In this document: positions 37,732 through 52,232 of the stretch, in pieces
Layout: every line of letters starts with the position of its first letter
How positions within the stretch are numbered: the first letter of the stretch is position 1
NCBI GenBank assembly: GCA_036172245.1
Contig: JAYWIR010000082.1
Coordinates: 62,001-126,000 of the forward strand
DNA: 64,000 bases
Reading direction: 5' to 3'
Origin: Raillietiella orientalis
Lineage: Eukaryota
Notes under the pieces: generated by a model
What the model was told of the DNA's origin: nothing
Databases searched by the model: none
What the model saw: the letters and a program-made list of their open reading frames with translations, nothing else
Translations under genes and position numbers: made by a program

Positions 37732-37765
37732 ATCGCTTCTCGGCCTTTTGGCTAAGATCAAAGTG
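37732..37765 (+). pseudogene. U2: U2 snRNA 5' fragment (3'-truncated pseudogene)
   Basis: ATCGCTTCTCGGCCTTTTGGCTAAGATCAAAGTG is the first 34 nt of invertebrate U2; the match stops before the expected TAGTATCTGTTCTT. Confidence 0.9.
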
Positions 37766-40700
37766 GAATTCGTGGTTAACTGTGTTCAGTGTAGATATTC
37801 TTCATTTGAATTAGAGGCAGAACATAAGTTGTATATTATTCCTATGTTAAACGGCTAAGTAAAAGTATCCCAAAGAGCTTCCTCAAACTCGAAGAAGGGT
37901 TGAGGATATGGAAGCCAATCCGATCCCTGACACTGAGAAATTCAATTCTCTTTGTGATGCAGAATTTCTTGTAGACATCTCTCTGTCTACTCGTCAAATC
38001 TGGAGATAAAACTTTGAAGTCCTGAACAAGTGATGAACTCGTTCTGCTATCAAATGAGAAATTACTATAAAAATTTTTAATTTACGAAATGGTCATTCGT
38101 TTGTCTAAAATTGTAACTCTCAGAACATCTGTTCAATGAAATGCAGTCTCGACCATATTTGTGGGACGGTCATGAGGCTCATTGAGACAAAGTGGTTGCC
38201 CACCACTTTACTAAATTTTTTCTCAGAATACTAAGATTCCTAAATGTGAACATGTTGCCTGCTGCTACACGAAGAGTGGAGGTTCTAAAGTTTACATTGC
38301 GAAACTTTTTGTCTCTGAACATCTTATTATGATGTAGGCGTGTCTTCAGCTAGTTCTACATACCAGTTGTTACTCATAATTAAGTATCATTAATCAGAGT
38401 TAAGCTTATTATGAACATAACTATGCACTAATTTTCCTTGTGTTGTAGCTATTCAATAACAGTTTTCAGTTTAGCATCTCAGTTCAATGAGTATATGGAT
38501 CTTCTGACCAATTTCATTTCTGCCCCACTTTTCAATATTGCTATTATCACGATTCGTATGCATCGTGGATACACAAGCATATTAAAATAATGCTTTTTAA
38601 AAAAATAATAAATCAACCAACCTTATTGGGAAGAATGATTATGGTGCCCTTTTTATTTGTTAGGTGTAAACACGTAACTGGTATTGTAAACAAATGATTA
38701 CTTCTGAGACAAGAGCAGTTGACAAAACAGTGTTTGTTCTTAAATTTCAAGGAGTGGCACTCTTGGAAATAATAATAATGAATAAATGACAATGAATGAC
38801 ACTCATGGAAACAATAAAGCAAATTCATTTTTCGAAATATCAGCTTATTTTTCAATAGCCATAATAGTACTTCCCAAATGCCATTTTATAACTGAATTAA
38901 TAAAGTTTTTCTGTAAGTCTTCATAAGCGATTGCTTATGAATTCTTCATTCGTATTTATAGTTGTTGCCCGACAGTCGAGATAATTGAAAAATTATAGAT
39001 TGCTTGATTTCTGCATTTACTAAGTAATTGTTTCATAAAAGAATTTGCTGAGAATGATTAGCTTTGTAGGAAGATCTAAAAACGAACACAAAATCCCTGA
39101 ATTTTTTTAAAATATCAGAGAATACCTTGATTTGATAGTGGAAAACCAACAATCATGATTACTGGATTCAGCAACGATACGAAATAAATATATAAATAAT
39201 ATAATGTACGAATTTATAATTTTATGTATTTCGATTTTGGAAACGCTGAAGGAATTCCCATGAAGAAGGCATTAGCTAATGAATGCATTGATATTTGAAC
39301 CAGAGACATATAGGAAATGGTCGTTTTCGATTAAATCAACACATAAAAAGGTTTTAGTTTTTAGCTTCCCTCTTTTCGATCCAAAGTCAACTTATAAATA
39401 ATCGAAAATAATAAAATCCACCCATTTCACATGATTGAGTGTAGTTTTGACATAATATGGTCGTTTATAAAAATCCTTCTTAAGCAAATCACTGAAGACA
39501 TCAGTACCCCATTATCCATAGCAAAGGTATTTTAAGGATTGCTGAACAGACAATTTTTTCTTTTCACTTGTTTAAAAGTTGCTTCCGGTTTTAAAAAAAA
39601 ACCACTGATACCAAATTTCGAGACAATTTGGTTCCACTTCCGAAAATTTCTTATGAATCTACGATCTTCTGATTTCACATGCAATATTAATGAAAAATTT
39701 CAATTAGTCAAATTTAGCTCTTTTAAATTCAAACACAATATTTGAAGTGGACACGAGTTATTTCCGAACTGTGAAAAGAATTCATATGTGAACTATATTG
39801 AAGAAGACAAAAATGAAGCATAAATAAAATAAGTCACTTGAAAACGACTTGCCTGAATTACAACAGAAACTTATGCTCTGTACAGTAATGATTTGTATTT
39901 TCGAACCCTCCGTAAATTTATTCAGAGATTTATTCAATTTGAAGCATCATTAAAAAAATTAAATTATTAGATGTCACTCATTACTCTTAACGATGTAGTA
40001 TTTAAAGATATCCTAAGATTTGGATCAAATCTGAAACCAAGACAAAACTGATTCCTAAATTCTTGAATTTTAAATAGGAAAAATGCAATAGAATTACGGC
40101 AATTGGAAATAGATTTTGAGGAATCACCATATATATATATATATACATATACATATATGCTTACAGATATTGTATTCATGCAAATATATTTTTAATGTTC
40201 CTTCTTGTATCATTCGTTACATACTTTGAATTATGGGATAACATATTAAATGAATATTGCTTCCAAAGATTTTTAATCGGTATTTTGAATGCATTTTTCA
40301 ATTTGCTAAGATTTGTATACGTGTTGCAACAATAATGCCTAAATTCAACTTTTATTATTGTCACAATAGGTATTTCAGTCTGCAATGAGTAACACTTAAT
40401 TTCATTAAACATCAGAAAGCTGAAATCATAGTGTATTGATCTCAATAAATTTCTATTTAAAATCTGAATTCGTGGTAAGCTCAATTCTATGGGTTTTTTT
40501 TATTGATATAGTGTTGTTTTCATATTATTAAGTGGCACCAAAGCTATTTAAAATGCACTAAGGATTTGTTCTTTACATTGCACACTTTCAGTTCCCTTCA
40601 CACTTTTGTGAGGAATCGTTTTCGATTTGGTTCTTAGGAATCGAACTTTGAAATGTTGATTTGTATACCAACTTGCTTAACTGACTTACAGAAACTCTTC

Positions 40701-41325
40701 CGCTATGTTCAGCAATGCTAGTAAATATTTACACTGATATTCATATAATGGATGAATAATGAATATGTTCACCATATGATGTTGTCAAATGTAGCAACAT
40801 ATATAGAAAATAAACACTACATTCGTTTTGAACTTATTTCCAACAAATGTGTCATTATTCATCGTTCGTTGATGGAATTGATCGAAAGCAGTAAATACCA
40901 TCGTTGAATATATCGTTGATCAAGCTACTGATTGATCACATGACAGCAACCTTACTGATTATGAAATCATTAATTCAATTGATTTTTCTTTAGTTTTTTG
41001 TTGTATTGCCAATAATAGACCCTTAGGTTGCGAGTTTTTGAATAGTCAGGAGCATGAGGCGGTTGTAATGCAATTTATTTTTTTTTGCCTATTTTATCCA
41101 TCTGTTTCAAGAATGACATCTTTAAATGAGTTTTAACAAACTGAACACTTGCATTTATAACTCATATATTTCTAAGTAAGAAAACATTTATTGACTGACG
41201 AAAAAGCGCTCTTATTTTAGAGTGATGAATTCCATCAACAGCCTTTCCCCCTCTTGTATGTTCACTTAATGTAAATGATGTACACTACAGAAAGTTCAAT
41301 CATGCTTTGGAAGTTCCTCTATTTG

Positions 41326-41560
41326 AACCCCGTTCCGCAGGGATGTTTATTGTAATCGGTTGATATACAATAAGACCTGGGGTCCAACCACCCGAGGGTA
41401 GATGTGTAACCAGCCTGCTGGTCAGCGAGGTCCGCTTTGGGAAGGTGGGGAAGGAAAAGAAAAAATAAACAAATAGGAAGCTTTCTATGGGATGCCTTGA
41501 GAGGGAATAGAGAAAGGATAAAGTTCCTCTGAGTGCTCAGGCATTCAAACATTCTGTCAA
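41326..41560 (-). mobile_element. Solo 3' end of a family B-related element
   Basis: Minus: pyrimidine tract, GGACCTCGC, then AATAAACATCCCTGCGGAACGGGGTT; a GC-rich island in AT-rich DNA. Confidence 0.55.
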
Positions 41561-42999
41561 AGATTTGTCAGTGAATTTGGGATACAGTTCTGAAATAAAA
41601 ACATTAATGGAACATTATGGTCAAATATGAAACGTATTATAATAGAACTGTAGAATACTCTAAATCTTTGTTGGTAATATGGAGTGTATTGATCAACCTG
41701 ACAAAAGCTACGGGAGGATTGCACAAGTCATTCCCATTGTAAACTGCCTTAAATAAGGGAATAACACAAATTGTTATGCAACACACATTGTAATATTTCC
41801 ATCAAAAATTGATTACTAGCGTTAGAGTATCTATAATGTAACTATGAACGTCTCTTTGTTTCTCACATTTGTCAGCGGAAAACAAATAGGGTATCCTGAT
41901 TTAACATGTTCTTGAAAGATGACACAAATTTATAACATTATTTTCATCTGAAAACCTGCATTCGAGCAGCATTGAATGTGAGCACGAAACTGATAGTCTT
42001 GTGTTCATGTAAGAGGAATTCCAGTGAAAGAGATATCCTCAAAGGTGTCTTCTCATTTCACTATCTTTGGATATCAAACGATGTTTTTAAAGAATGACTG
42101 GAATTTGGAGAAGCCCATTAAGAATGCATAGAATCATAAGATTCGTCCAAATGCAGACCTTAATCAATTTGATTTTATCACTATTTCCAAGTTCCATTTT
42201 ACAAAGTTCACTGATTATTGTGTTCAATCAATTTTTGGATTTTGATTTTGTTCATATTTTCAAAGCAGTTTAATTTCAACTATACAATTCTATAAAAAGA
42301 ACTAAATGGTTGAGATCTTTGAAACTTATCAAATATACCTTTTGTCCTTTCTGTTGAAACATGTTTACTCTGAAATACATTGATAAGTATTACTGAAAGA
42401 GATAAACTGTATTCTTCATATATACATATAGAACTTTTAAAATGGGCCATTTGTAAAATCCAATGAGTCATACAAAGATTTCTTAAAACGGAATTTATTA
42501 AGGTTTTTTTAAAACCGATACTTAAATGCACATATTTCTGCAATTATTATTCTCGTTCGTTTTATTTTGCTGGATTTAAGACAGTGTTTCATTTTCATAG
42601 AATTTCTTGGGGAGGTATATTGTAATACATCAGAGAATGCATTCCTTCTGATCCATTATATAATATGATTTCCAGTATGGAAGCACCGTAATGGCTGAAT
42701 TGAAAAAAAGTGGAATGGTGATCGCTTCTACCAAAGACGGAAAAAAAGTCTTAGTCTCTTCTGAAAAACTGGCTGCTCTAAAAGCTGCCAGAGATAAAAT
42801 TCCAAAGAATCTGCAAGGAAATGAAAAATCTCATGCACAGGATTTTTCTTCCTCCATTGATTTAAGCAAACAAACAGGTAGTTTATTTTCTGCCAAGAGT
42901 CTCACTCTAATAATAACAAGAAACATAATAAAATGAAGGTACGCGTATAAAAATAATTGAGAGTTTATATTCTGACCATAAAACTGAAGCTCTGTATCC

Positions 43000-44450
43000 T
43001 TTTAGCATAGTTTTTGCGTTTTGCTGCAATTGCCGGTAATTGTCTGATCCGGCTAATTTTTGTCACCAGTGGAAAGTCTTGTTTAATCAGTTTTTTCTTA
43101 CGTTTATAAAGGAAACCCTTTTTGCTTAGTGAGAATTTATGTCATCTCCTTTTCAACTTCATGCGTGAATGAAGAACTGTTTTTCAGTTTGTCATTTTTT
43201 GAAATATCGCATTTTAGTTTTATCCATTAACCGGATATTTGAGGTGTTTCTGAAAGCAGTGCATAAAGTTCAACAGATTGCTTCCAGCATTCCGAGAATT
43301 TTTCATCAGCCCCACTTTACTAGAGGACCAAAGTGACCCAAAGGTTCTTTCTGAAATGAAATGTGGGCATGCAAGTAGTCACAAAAACATAAACAATGCC
43401 CCATACGTTACTATAATTAGCATAATTAATCACATGAGCATCAGATCATCATGTTCAAGAGCGGAAGTTTGTAACCGGAATCGGACAGAATCGCCAGTCA
43501 AATTTAAAAGTTTCAGAGCATTCCAGCCTGTTTTACCCAACCATTCCATCCACTGACATACTGTGGCCCTTTGTTTCCCCAAAAGCATTGGATTAAACGA
43601 GAGGTTTCTTGTGAATGAACCCACATGTGGGTTCAGTCAGAAGAAATTCCTGGTTAACAATCTTTTTGAGATAATCATTTGTATTGTTTTCTGTGTTCTT
43701 GTACAATGCATTTTACAAAATGAAATTCAAACAGATTCAGCTCATTCAACACTTAGAACTTGAGATCTGTCTGATCTTAGGACATATGGGTGCTTTGATA
43801 CACTATGATTTTACTTATCTCGATTGATCATGCAGTCTTCGTTGTGCTCAGTATGTCTGTCTAAATTAAGAAACGTTTTAACGCTATGTATTTTCTTCAG
43901 AACCGAAGCTAGGGTGAAATTTGTTCGATCTGCGATAGTCATAACATTTTCTGATATCAAAATTATAATGATCAATCATTCTAATTGCTGCAATAAGCTC
44001 TTATATAAGTGAAATCACGCAGTAATTCTCAAAAATAGCTGCATGTTCTAAAATCACGTTAATCATGGTTTAGAAACGAACTAAATGGGCACACATTGTT
44101 TCAAATAGGGTGTCGCATATCAGCTGATTGACGACTTTCTATGTGCTTACAAAGCAGTTTGGAGTGCTTGCTTTCCATATGTTTAAAAAATGCCTTGACA
44201 ATATGGATTCCTGTTTCCTCCATTGCATTTAAAGAGCAGCCAACAGCTTTCTCCTTTCTGGAGTGTGAATAACAGGCGTGTTTACTGGAGAGCCTCTCAC
44301 ATAAGCAACGCACAAAGAAAATTTTTTATCCATTTGTTTAGGACAGCAATTCGAAACAGAAAAATATGTGGAGGTTCAATTTATTGACCACCAAGCAGTG
44401 TACATCTGTTTGGGTATGAAGAATTTCTGCCTCCCTCTCCAAAAGTTTGC
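43000..44450 (-). mobile_element. Heavily decayed putative DNA-transposon coding remnant
   Basis: Broken minus-strand coding-like fragments (C/H-rich stretch at ~44100-44400); no diagnostic catalytic motif or TIR found. Confidence 0.2.
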
Positions 44451-47400
44451 ATCTTTTCAAACACAAAAACTGTACTGGATCTCACGTTTCCCAGAAACGT
44501 TTATCTCATTCTGGAAACTATCTGAACAATTATGTACCAGCATGTTTGCTTTTAGGAAAGTTCTGAAAAAATATCCTTGTATAATTTCCATTCGAATGCT
44601 TCATCGTTCTTTCTCTTCCTCAGAAGTAGATCCTTCACCACCCAAGAGAATCCGCGTTCAGAGAGCCTCAAATTTTCACCATCTCTCTTAATGACTGGTC
44701 ATTTTGTTTCTGCTCCTCTATTTCAAAGAATTGAACACGGATTCAACACTTTTCCGCGCTTGCATTTTAAAAAGTTATTATGGGTCTTGATTAACAGATA
44801 TGAGTACTTTTTTTTTGTTCGTACTCAAGAAAATAACTTTGAATTTCTTTCTTTTATTTGAACATACTGATATCAGGTTGTTTTACTGATGAATTTGATC
44901 GAAATTATCAAGTTGGAAATATTCGACCCTTCCCACTTCTGATTACGTAATATCCGTTATTTACGGTAAGGTACGTGCAGCACATTTTCAGAAATCTGAT
45001 TAAAAATCGCTTAATTAGTGGGGCTTCAAGAAAAACGAACACAAAACTATACTTAACTCTCGAAACTTATCGATTCGAGACAATACTTTTTTTCCACAAA
45101 TTTATGAAAATTTGCGAAACGCGTGACCAGATCACCTTTGGGCTGTGCGTACAAATAAAACACCAACATTTGGTGCACGGAAGTTGGTACTGGCTTATTC
45201 ACCGAGACCAAGTGCATCTCAAAACAGTATTCGAAATATACAAAATTTGCGAATCAGCATGATTAGCAGGTAACTGTGGTTACCCTGTGATGGACAAAAT
45301 TTCTCGTGCTTTTATGTGCATTTTTTGCCGTTCTAGCAGCATTTTCTTTGCTGATTTTTCTGCCTTCTTGCCGTCGTCCGCATTTTATTTAAAGTCCTGA
45401 TTTCAAAAGGTGAAAACTCTTATTTAGAGTCCGTAACGTGACCAGCGTACGATGTAGTTTTTTTCTTCTTCTGGATTTGTCGTTTTCAAAGAATCACGTA
45501 GCCCAAGTTCTATTGTGTAAGGCTCAATGGAATATCTCTCTTCCGTTGATTCAAGTTTTCGGCTGAGATCAGATTTGCATGGAATTGCAAATTATTAATC
45601 AGCGAATTTCGGGGCGATCGGTATCGGGATATTAAGAAAAGAGTTGGAGATACGTTTTGGAGAGGACGAGTAGACAGAGAGAGCTTTCATTACATGTGCA
45701 ATCTTGCGGTAACAGCTGTAAATGAAATCCTGGGGTTTCCTATGTCAGCCCAAAAAGAGTAAGCGGAAGATTGCATGAAGATTTCAATGTTCAGTTCGAA
45801 ATGCACATCAGTGTGAATATTAACGCATATCAGCACATCAATGTCTGTCAAATCAGCACCGAAGATAAAAATTAGGAATAGAATGACAAAATGTCAATTA
45901 TGCAATAATGTGACTAATTTCAATTTCTTCGTTACTGCTTCCAATGACTTTTCAAATTCCCGTTTAATTCAAGGCTGTTTTGACTCCTGTAGAGATAAAG
46001 GATGAAGTTGATGTGTGTGGCTTGCGATAAGAGGAATCTGAACGATGCTCCTCAAACCGGAAAAGTAGAGTTCCATGTTGGGTCACTAATGCCTGCTTGC
46101 TTAGGAACCGTGAATTGCTTAATGGACAAACTTTCAATCGAATTCATTTCCAAAGAAGAAGTTGTTAAAAATTTTCAGCAAATAGTAAACCGATTTGAAT
46201 TTCAGGAAATATTATGAAACCCAACACGGAAGACTTTCTCAATAGAATTTCGTAAGACGCTTCTAAATATCTATTATCGCTGCAGTATGGATTGATGAAC
46301 GGTACACATTTATTTTTGTTGCGTGCAGAATTGTTGGATTCGGAATTTGCATGAGAAAAACCCTTTGAGCGTGTGATTTATGTCTTCCCCAATCCGACCA
46401 GCAGTAAGGTAAAGCAAAGTGGCGAAAACACAGAAGCCAACTTGCGTCTGCATTCTGACATGCGGACATAGAAGAGTTAAGGACAGCTCAACTCATCTAT
46501 TCAGCATGCTTCACCAAAAAGTCAACTGAAATCAAATGAGAGCAGAAAGCATCATTTGCTTTAGATGAAGGTAATATATTCAGATGGAATCACCCCAACA
46601 CAGAACAAATGAAGCAGAATAAAACAGATTGGTCATGCAACAGCAACAAGCCTTGAATCTCACAGTAATATTTAATAATACTGGATTGACCTAAATCGAA
46701 TTGATTCCGTATCGGTACTCAGATTGACATTGTAATTCACGAAAAATTCATTTCACAACGATGGAGATAAACACATTTGTTTAAAATTTGATGGAGGTCA
46801 GTTTCTATATATACGAAAGATTTGTTTCAAAAATCAGGCATTAGAGTGAGCACAACCAAGTGCTTTATACCAGGTTTAAAAGGAACTTTAGTTTTGATAT
46901 TTCCAAGAATTCTTCTTGGAAAAGCATTAGTGTCTTCATAATTTATTTCTTTGGACATACGTAAGCGTATATTCCAATATGAAACTTTCTTATTTAAAAA
47001 AAAAAAGAAAATCAGCTTCAGTCTTAGCCATATGATACATAAAAACAAAAGGAAGACATCTAAGAAACCAGCTTGCTTCAATAATTCATTAATAAATGCA
47101 CCAATAATTTTACGTGAATTCTTGTAATTACTATTCAGTGATTTGGTTGTTTTATTTATTATTATTATTTTTATACTGTAGTCTTAAATTGGCACAAGTC
47201 TTGAATCAACTATGTTTTGAATCATGTGTTTCGTGGAACTTAGGATTATTTGGAATCTTTGGAATACTTGCATCCTATCAGTGGTATTTATGTGGAATGC
47301 TTACCATCTTCCTGCTACCTGTTTTATTGTTAATATATGTGAGAGGATGTAGGAGAAAGATCACTAATGGTTTATCTGCTGTGAGTATAAGATCTTATAC

Positions 47401-48783
47401 CATAGGTGTAATTCACATAATGCAATCAACTTATTAAGTTAGCACTCTTTCTTGAAATTTTTTCGACATCACTGTTTTTGTAGCCTATAATGTTGATATC
47501 CATAAGATCCATGATCTCATTTTGCATCAGGTTGTTTTTGATGCAACTATGTCTTCATTTCAGTCTGTGCTGCACAGACTGAGAAGCAGTTTGTCGTCAT
47601 TAAAGCCAAACGATTATTATTAACAACAGACTAAAATTTCTCTTGATTTTTCACAATACTATCTTCTGCAACGGATGTAAGTCAATTTCATACGTTAATG
47701 TAAATTAATTTTTAAAGTGAATCCGTTGCACTTCATCTCTGAAAGTTCTCTCTCCTTCCTATCTTAGTAAGCAGTAGAATGCAACATCGTTAATTTGATT
47801 TCTGATGGCTTGATTCTTTCTATTTTCCCAAGTGCATTGAAATAATTAAATTCTTATCAAAATCCTTGGTATATAAGTGTATAGCCGAATGATGAGTTTG
47901 CACGCTTAATATTTTGATAAAAATTCCTAAAAGCAAATTTTCTTTTTTGGTATGCGGTATTATAAAATTAATTCCCTTACTGAGACCATTTGAACTTCCT
48001 GTACGTACTCTTTGAATATTTGTATGCTTTTCTTTCGACGAATCATTTGAAACCTTCAACTTACAGGTTGCTTTTCTTTTGTTATTTCTTTTTTTTTTAT
48101 TTTAATTCATGGTATTATTCTTGAAATAGGTATATTCAATTGGATATATACATATATACATACATACATTTTTGTCGCTGGTTGTGAAAATAACGTTAGA
48201 AAAGATGAACGCCGACCAAGTTTTCACTTTTCAGGATAGCACACTTTTAAAAGTAATCTTTATTGATATTTTTCACACATATTTGGAAATTTTATTTCTT
48301 CATCTTATTCTCAGCATTTGAGATTATTAGATTTGGATAAATAATTTTTAATTTCACATGAAAACTAAAAACTAAGGATATCTAGATTCAATTAATCGAA
48401 TAGTCGGATGTCTGTGAACGTTTACTCGTCTTTTCCATCGATAAGCTGAACTCATGAGATATCACAATTCTTAAATGAGAGCACATTGAATTCTCGTTTC
48501 CATGAGCGTAAATTGTGCAATACAAGTTTCCAATAGCTTGGAAGGCTTGGTTACATCCTTTTGAATCAAATAAACCTTATAATCAACTTTATTATAATCC
48601 AACTGACTCGAAATAATTTAACTGGGTTCGAAAACATGACAGATATATCGTGTAAACACACTTTCAGTCATATTTCTCCTTTGTTTTTTTCATAAACATC
48701 TTCTAATAAGGGCTTAGTTCTAGAAATTAAAATAGTAATCTATATCTTTACCATTGTATTGTTTTAATCTGTTTCAGAGTAAT

Positions 48784-49163
48784 ATGGACTCTGAAAAAAA
48801 AGGGATGGAATTAATTATGAAAGAATTGCATGAGGTTTGTTTAGCAAAATATGATTTGTCATCAATTCTAAAAACTTTTAGATTCGATCTTCGCTGGCTT
48901 CTCTACAAGATTCTATTAATGTCTTCAATGCTAACATTAATGGCAAAGCTCGTTTGCTTACTACTACCGAAAAAAACGAGTTGTTGAGAGAAAAAACAAA
49001 AATGCTTCAAGGTAACTCGATTTATGAAAAACTGCGTGGTGAACTCAATAAAGAAATGAAAGCAAAGCTGCACACGAGATTTGGAACTGAATCAACAACG
49101 CCAGAAACTGAAGGTATGTTACAAAACCTGGGGTTACTGGAAGAAGATAAACAGGAACAATGA
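48784..49163 (+). CDS. Putative 110-aa orphan coiled-coil protein, 2 coding exons (48784-48834, 48882-49163)
   Basis: A 47-nt GT-AG intron joins MDSEKKGMELIMKELHE in frame to IRSSLASLQDSINVFNANING...LGLLEEDKQEQ*; an acceptor-like TTTCAG precedes the ATG. Confidence 0.5.
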
Positions 49164-52100
49164 TATACGATTCAGTGGTGGAATAGGCATAACAGGTATC
49201 TTCAAATGTAATTCTAATATTATTATGTAATAGCAATATCTAAGATTACTCACACATTCATTTAACGCATCAATACAAAAACCAAATGCATCCGGACATA
49301 TGTATGTGACAAATTAAATAGCCATTTGCTGTTTGCATCTCTAGGTTTCAAAAATCCAAATTTCTAGTGCATGCTGTCACAAAATTTTCTAACGCTTGTA
49401 GACTCCGTGATGGATGGTTATGATTTTTTTGTATAAAAAGCTTTGAACTCTTCTACATAGCATCGAAAAGATTACTCGTCTGATATGAAATTCTTAATTT
49501 TCTTCGACTTACCTTTTCATTTAGCAAATACAAAATAATGAAAAATGAAATTAACTGCCATAAGGTAAGGCATGGGTCAAAAAAGTTTTCTGGCGCCGTA
49601 GTTTCCACTGGCAATTTCATTAGAATAATGAGTTGAGCTGAGTATGGGAATAACAAGCGACAGCTCGGAATTCATTCTTGAATAGCCTTCAAACTTCTAG
49701 AAAGTACATTTCTGGTTTCCAGTGACACACTATATAGGGTGTACTTTACTCAGTCAAGATGAAAGATACAATTCCACTGTATTCAAATCTATCCACTACT
49801 GTTTTTCAACACATAGTAAACATTCGATCTATTTGGACTCTCATCTTAGATATATTGTAGTTCTCTCAAGATTTAATGGAACAATAAAAGATTTAAGCTT
49901 TTGCCTTGCTTTGAGAATCACGAGGGGTTACATATGTCAGCTATTGAATTGCACAAACGCAGAACATATTTTTGAAAATTGTTTGCAACCAAATTTCGTT
50001 AATGGAAATGATTCTTGAATTCAGACATGACCAGATGGAGATTCAAGTGATTCTTCGTATTCAAGGAAAGATTGCAGCCTATCAGAGCAGAGAATTATAC
50101 CATTTCATCGATATTTGTGATGAAGTATAGAATAAAACTTTTTTGAAAAAAATTGTGAAGCTTGGTTCCTATTTCTTATCCAGTGATTAACAAACATTAT
50201 AAGTGTGCCGTATCAGTAAGAGGAGACATAATACGAAACAAATTTGTTGTTGACAGTTGAGCTCGTTTTGAGTTTCCCCCCAAACTGTCAATCTTTGCAA
50301 AATGGTCTGGTCTTTCCAAAGCCTGTGCTACCACATTATTCAAAGGAATGCCTTTCTAAACAGGCATACATTTATTTTCAAAGTGACGAATCATTTGTAC
50401 AAAATCAATTGTATCAATCATTATTTCTCGAGTCACGTGAAGTTCTTCGATTTTGATAACTATCATTTACTCCATGTCATTTTCACTATTGTTTTTTCCA
50501 TTTTCACGAAACTTGTTCGTATTTTAAAGTTCATTGCAACTGATTGAGAAGCGAATATGAATGCGTAGATTTTGATCTTAATTTGCATTATTTTCTGTTC
50601 GTTTGCTATTCTATTTAGCTTCTCATGTTTCTGAAAAAGGAAGGCAAAGAAGAAACGGATAGCAGCAAATCATACTCTTGATGTATTTCATTCAGTGTTA
50701 TAGAAGAGTACTTTGTTATAGTAAAGTGACATCTTATTTTAATAAAATGTCGATTCACTGTCAATTCCAAAAGATACTTTTAATAAGTAAGGAATCTTCC
50801 ATTCTGAAAAATAGCTGAATCAGAGATTTGATTTCTTTGATACATCATGGCATTTCTTTAATTTGCGACTCAGTACAGAATACTGGCTCGTTACTCAATA
50901 ATTGGCAATATTCAAATGATGCACCCATTTTTCAATTATTCCAAGTTAATTACTTCAGTATTGGGTAATTACATATACTCTATCTCTGGGTGTTCTGAAA
51001 TGACACAAATGTAGTGAACACGGAAGCATTTATGCATTATGATTGCATCACGAATGGTTAAAAATTGATAGCAAAGCAACAGATTTAATTTTTCTGCAAC
51101 ATTCGAAAAAATTCTATCAAGTAACGCCATCAAATTCAGTCAAGTCAGTATTAGATCCGATCTGATCTGTTTTTATTTTTGTTGATCAGATCCTTGTTTT
51201 CTCTGCATTTAAGCAGTTTAATTCTTTTAGAAATTAAGCTGCTCTTTCCCCCCTTCTTGCCAGTAGTTACAAAAGCTCGCTAACCTCAAGTAAACGTGAA
51301 TCTTACTTACAATTTCTTATGTAACTCCTCCATTTTCATATAGAAAAGCTTATTTTAATTTTAAATTGTACCTCATCTTGACTAATACATTTGTATCTTT
51401 GAAACACGATGCATATCTGTGAACACAAGCATAATATACATGTTGCCCACGCATATATTTGTAAATTTATGCATCTGTGTATATACATATATATTTATAA
51501 TAAAGTTTAAAATCTTTTACACTTATTATATGTTTAGCTTTTATTGCTATATCTTTTATTGTATGCTGTTCCTATCCGAAACAAGTTATAAATAAGAAAA
51601 AAAATTTGCAGCCTGACCGGAAAAGCATGTTGGAAACTCACGTATAGTATTAATGTTTAAAAAGTGTTTGATTCTTGTCAATTGTGGTGCACTGAAAAAA
51701 TAGATGTCAATCTTTGATTCTTAATTAAAAACAAAACCTTTAGAAAGTAATGAGGATGTAAAGTATAATAGCCCCTATGTGTGTGTAATAATATAATAGC
51801 GCTTTTTTGAATGCACACAGAAATACGGTCATCGCAATTTTACGTTACAAAGAAGCGCATGGAATGGAAAGCAATTCGTTATGGGGAACGTGGGAATGGA
51901 AATTAGACTGTTATGTAGGTATGATATTTGCAAGCCGTTTGAGGTTTGGCGAAAGGAGTTGTATTATGAATTAGATTTGTATCCATGTTGTACATGTTTT
52001 TGCACCCCCCCTCCCCCACAAAATAGTGGATAAGAACATTTCTTGGCTGGGTGATAGATTATGTCTTATTCTCATTAAATATATGAAAGAACTGTTTCCA

Positions 52101-52232
52101 TGTGGTTAATAAATTCAAGTTTTGTTTCAGATTTAAAGTTTTGATGCAAATCATTTCAGACTGATTTGCAATTTGAACATACTTGAAATTTTCATGTTGA
52201 TGTGATTTTTTTTAATCCATTTTATCCTAAAC

